Assembly: GCA_023412915.1 (NCBI GenBank)
Contig: JAEZRE010000018.1
Span: 123,127 to 187,126, forward strand
Direction of reading: 5' to 3'
Source: Bacillota bacterium
GTDB lineage: Bacteria > Bacillota > Clostridia > Acetivibrionales > DTU013
Length of the DNA: 64,000 nt
Part shown: positions 62,020 through 64,000 of the stretch, piece by piece
Numbering within the stretch: position 1 is the first letter of the stretch
How the letters are laid out: every line of letters begins with the position of its first letter
Position numbers and translations under genes: made by a program
Notes under the pieces: generated by a model
Told to the model about the DNA's origin: nothing
Seen by the model: the letters and a program-made list of their open reading frames with translations, nothing else
The model's database searches: none

Positions 62020-63117
62020 TTGCTGGAGTTTGATATCGACATGGAACAATTTGCCCAGATTAAGGTCATAGGCGTCGGTGGTGGAGGCAATAACGCCGTC
62101 AACAGGATGATATCCGCGGGTCTTCGCGGTGTAGAATTCATAGCAATAAATACTGATAAACAGGCTCTTTTTCTTTCCAAAGCAAATACAAAAATACAAG
62201 TAGGGGACAAGCTTACCAAAGGTCTCGGCGCGGGTGCAAATCCTGAAATCGGTGAAAAAGCCGCCGATGAAAGCAAGGATGAGATAGCACAGTCAATTAA
62301 AGGCGCCGATATGGTATTCGTTACAGCCGGAATGGGCGGCGGTACCGGAACCGGAGGAGCTCCAGTAGTCGCGCAGATCGCGAAGGAAATGGGTATCCTG
62401 ACCGTGGGCGTTGTCACCAAGCCCTTCATGTTCGAAGGCCGTAAGAGGATGCAGTATGCGGAACAGGGCATCGAGAAGCTCAAAAGTGTGGTTGATACTC
62501 TCGTAACGATCCCCAATGACAGATTGCTGCAGGTCGCTGAAAAGAAAACTTCCATTATAGATGCTTTCAGAATGGCTGATGATGTGCTCAGACAGGGCGT
62601 TCAGGGTATTTCGGACCTGATAGCGGTGCCCGGACTGATCAATCTGGATTTTGCCGATGTAAAGACGATCATGCTCAACACCGGTATAGCGCATATGGGT
62701 ATTGGCCGTGCGTCCGGAGACGGCAGGGCCGAGGAAGCGGCAAAACAGGCCATACAGTCTCCGCTGCTCGAAACGACTATCGACGGCGCAAGGGGCGTAT
62801 TGCTCAATATCACGGGCGGTGCGGATCTCGGGTTGTTCGAAGTCAACATGGCAGCCGAACTCATTCAGAAATCCGCCGATCCTGACGCCAATATCATTGT
62901 TGGTGCGGTTATCGACGAGAACCTTAAGGATGAGATACTCATCACCGTTATAGCTACAGGCTTCGAAAAGGGACCGGTCATAAGAAAGCTTGAAAAGATA
63001 GCCGAAAAGACCCCTCTAAAGTCTGAACCTGCTCCTCTGAAGAGACATACGGGCGGAGAGGTATCGGATGACGAGCTGGAAATTCCCACTTTCCTTAGGA
63101 AAAACCGTTTTAAATAG
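62020..63117 (+). CDS. ftsZ: cell division GTPase FtsZ
   Basis: [30 protein letters not shown], tubulin signature [17 protein letters not shown], and C-terminal [14 protein letters not shown] start after AAGGGGG; the N-terminus aligns with B. subtilis MLEFE... Confidence 0.97.
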   Translation: MLEFDIDMEQFAQIKVIGVGGGGNNAVNRMISAGLRGVEFIAINTDKQALFLSKANTKIQVGDKLTKGLGAGANPEIGEKAADESKDEIAQSIKGADMVFVTAGMGGGTGTGGAPVVAQIAKEMGILTVGVVTKPFMFEGRKRMQYAEQGIEKLKSVVDTLVTIPNDRLLQVAEKKTSIIDAFRMADDVLRQGVQGISDLIAVPGLINLDFADVKTIMLNTGIAHMGIGRASGDGRAEEAAKQAIQSPLLETTIDGARGVLLNITGGADLGLFEVNMAAELIQKSADPDANIIVGAVIDENLKDEILITVIATGFEKGPVIRKLEKIAEKTPLKSEPAPLKRHTGGEVSDDELEIPTFLRKNRFK

Positions 63118-63170
63118 GATATGAGTCCGGTGTAAATCCCGTTGAAGGTATCCTGATAATCACTGCAGAT

Positions 63171-63205
63171 AAACCAGGTCATAATTGAATGACCTGGTTT
63201 TTTAT
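63171..63205 (+). terminator. intrinsic terminator after ftsZ
   Basis: AAACCAGGTCAT-aattga-ATGACCTGGTTT followed by TTTTAT. Confidence 0.85.
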
Positions 63206-63449
63206 TTCACAATGACAATTTTTTGTCGTCAAATTTTCATATTTCTACAGTATCATATGACACAAAAATAAACAGGCTTGAAATATAATCTGAGTTGTAC
63301 AAATGATGCAATACACGGTTCAAATATTTAATCATAAAAGTACAGGCATACGAATATATGTAAAATAGGGGAAGCCTGACTTGTACCCGATCGGTACGGG
63401 AATACCAGCCGGACCTTTGGGGTGCTGCGACCGGTGTGTGAGGTAAAAC

Positions 63450-64000
63450 GTGGAGATCTATCTGGATATCATTGTCCTTGAGAATATAGTAATCAATTAT
63501 CTGATCCTTTTGGTAACCGCAAAATTTTCAAAGAACAGATCAAGCAATTTACGCCTTCTGCTTGGCGCCGTGCTCGGCGCCGCATATCTTTCCGCAATGC
63601 TGCTTCTGCCCGAAATGAAGATATACACGACTTTGCTGTCAAAATGCCTGCTTTCTTTTGCAATGATAGCAGTGACGTTCCATTTTAAGAAGCTGTCCGA
63701 ATTCCTGAAAACGCTGCTTATTTTCTATGCGTCGACTTTTATATTTGCCGGCGCCGGTTTTGCGCTTATGTTTTTCAACCAGGATTGGGGGATACTGCGT
63801 AACGGCGTTATGGTCACGCCCCTGTCCTTCTTCAATACCTCCTGGGCTGAATTGCTGCTTGCGCTGGCAGTTACGCTTATTATACTGCGCGTCATCTGGG
63901 ACATGATTCAGAACCGTTTTATCAGGGAAAAGCTCCTGGTCCTCCTGCGCATTACCTTTGACAAAAAGGCTATAGAACTGTCCGCCCTTGTCGATACGGG
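63450..64000 (+). CDS. spoIIGA: sigma-E processing peptidase SpoIIGA, N-terminal part (runs off the right edge)
   Basis: Hand translation from GTG 63450 gives VEIYLDIIVLENIVINYLILLVTAKF..five TM segments..KAIELSALVDTG, the start of the catalytic DTGN motif. Sits downstream of ftsZ as in Bacillus. Confidence 0.85.
   Translation, partial: MEIYLDIIVLENIVINYLILLVTAKFSKNRSSNLRLLLGAVLGAAYLSAMLLLPEMKIYTTLLSKCLLSFAMIAVTFHFKKLSEFLKTLLIFYASTFIFAGAGFALMFFNQDWGILRNGVMVTPLSFFNTSWAELLLALAVTLIILRVIWDMIQNRFIREKLLVLLRITFDKKAIELSALVDT

Noticed and set aside
63206-63449. Spo0A-box-like sequence TTTGTCGTCAAA (63222-63233) and a TATAAT upstream of spoIIGA.
   Set aside because: It matches the TGNCGAA core at only 5 of 7 positions, and I could not define a convincing -35/-10 pair with the unusual spacing expected for spoIIG-type promoters. 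Plausible but unsupported.

Overview
64-kb chromosomal segment of a spore-forming Firmicute, Clostridia-like on gene content (spoIIGA, a Spo0E-type phosphatase, rubrerythrin, 2-oxoacid:ferredoxin oxidoreductase, agr and Tad loci). There are two tRNAs, no rRNA and no CRISPR array. All calls come from reading motifs in the supplied translations and the DNA; no database search, folding or GC calculation was run.

Layout, left to right:
1. A minus-strand ABC-F ATPase (270-2339). Its roughly 300-nt leader carries a 6-codon uORF and an intrinsic terminator, which looks like an attenuator.
2. A roughly 20-kb carbohydrate locus (3055-23324). A YesM/YesN-type two-component system is translationally coupled to its own solute-binding protein. 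A 14-gene plus-strand operon follows: a second SBP paralogue, two permeases, two FucI-like isomerases, GHL6-like and GH140/DUF4038-like hydrolases, an SDR, a SIS protein, a Zn-ADH, a SAF-domain dehydrogenase and an FGGY kinase. An RpiR regulator ends the locus. I could not assign a substrate or pathway, and this is my best candidate for undescribed biology.
3. A housekeeping block: apgM-type mutase, tcdA, a P-loop protein, a korDABC-type oxidoreductase with unusual repeat-filled intercistronic spacers, Fe-S aldo/keto reductase, YmaF, rubrerythrin, CapA and bioY with a BirA operator.
4. A Spo0E-like small ORF fused to tRNA-Ala(CGC), an FtsX gene remnant, pit plus a DUF47 protein, and murG.
5. 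An A+T-rich agr quorum-sensing block (agrBD convergent with an AgrC-like kinase and a LytTR regulator) on the 3' side of tRNA-Lys(CUU), with an amidase gene remnant.
6. degSU followed by a Flp/Tad pilus operon.
7. A scar zone: an apparently 3'-truncated metH, a decayed IS3-family element carrying a GNAT gene, rlmI, a 207-bp imperfect palindrome, ltaS and a 5'-truncated murA.
8. divIB-sbp-ftsA-ftsZ and the start of spoIIGA.
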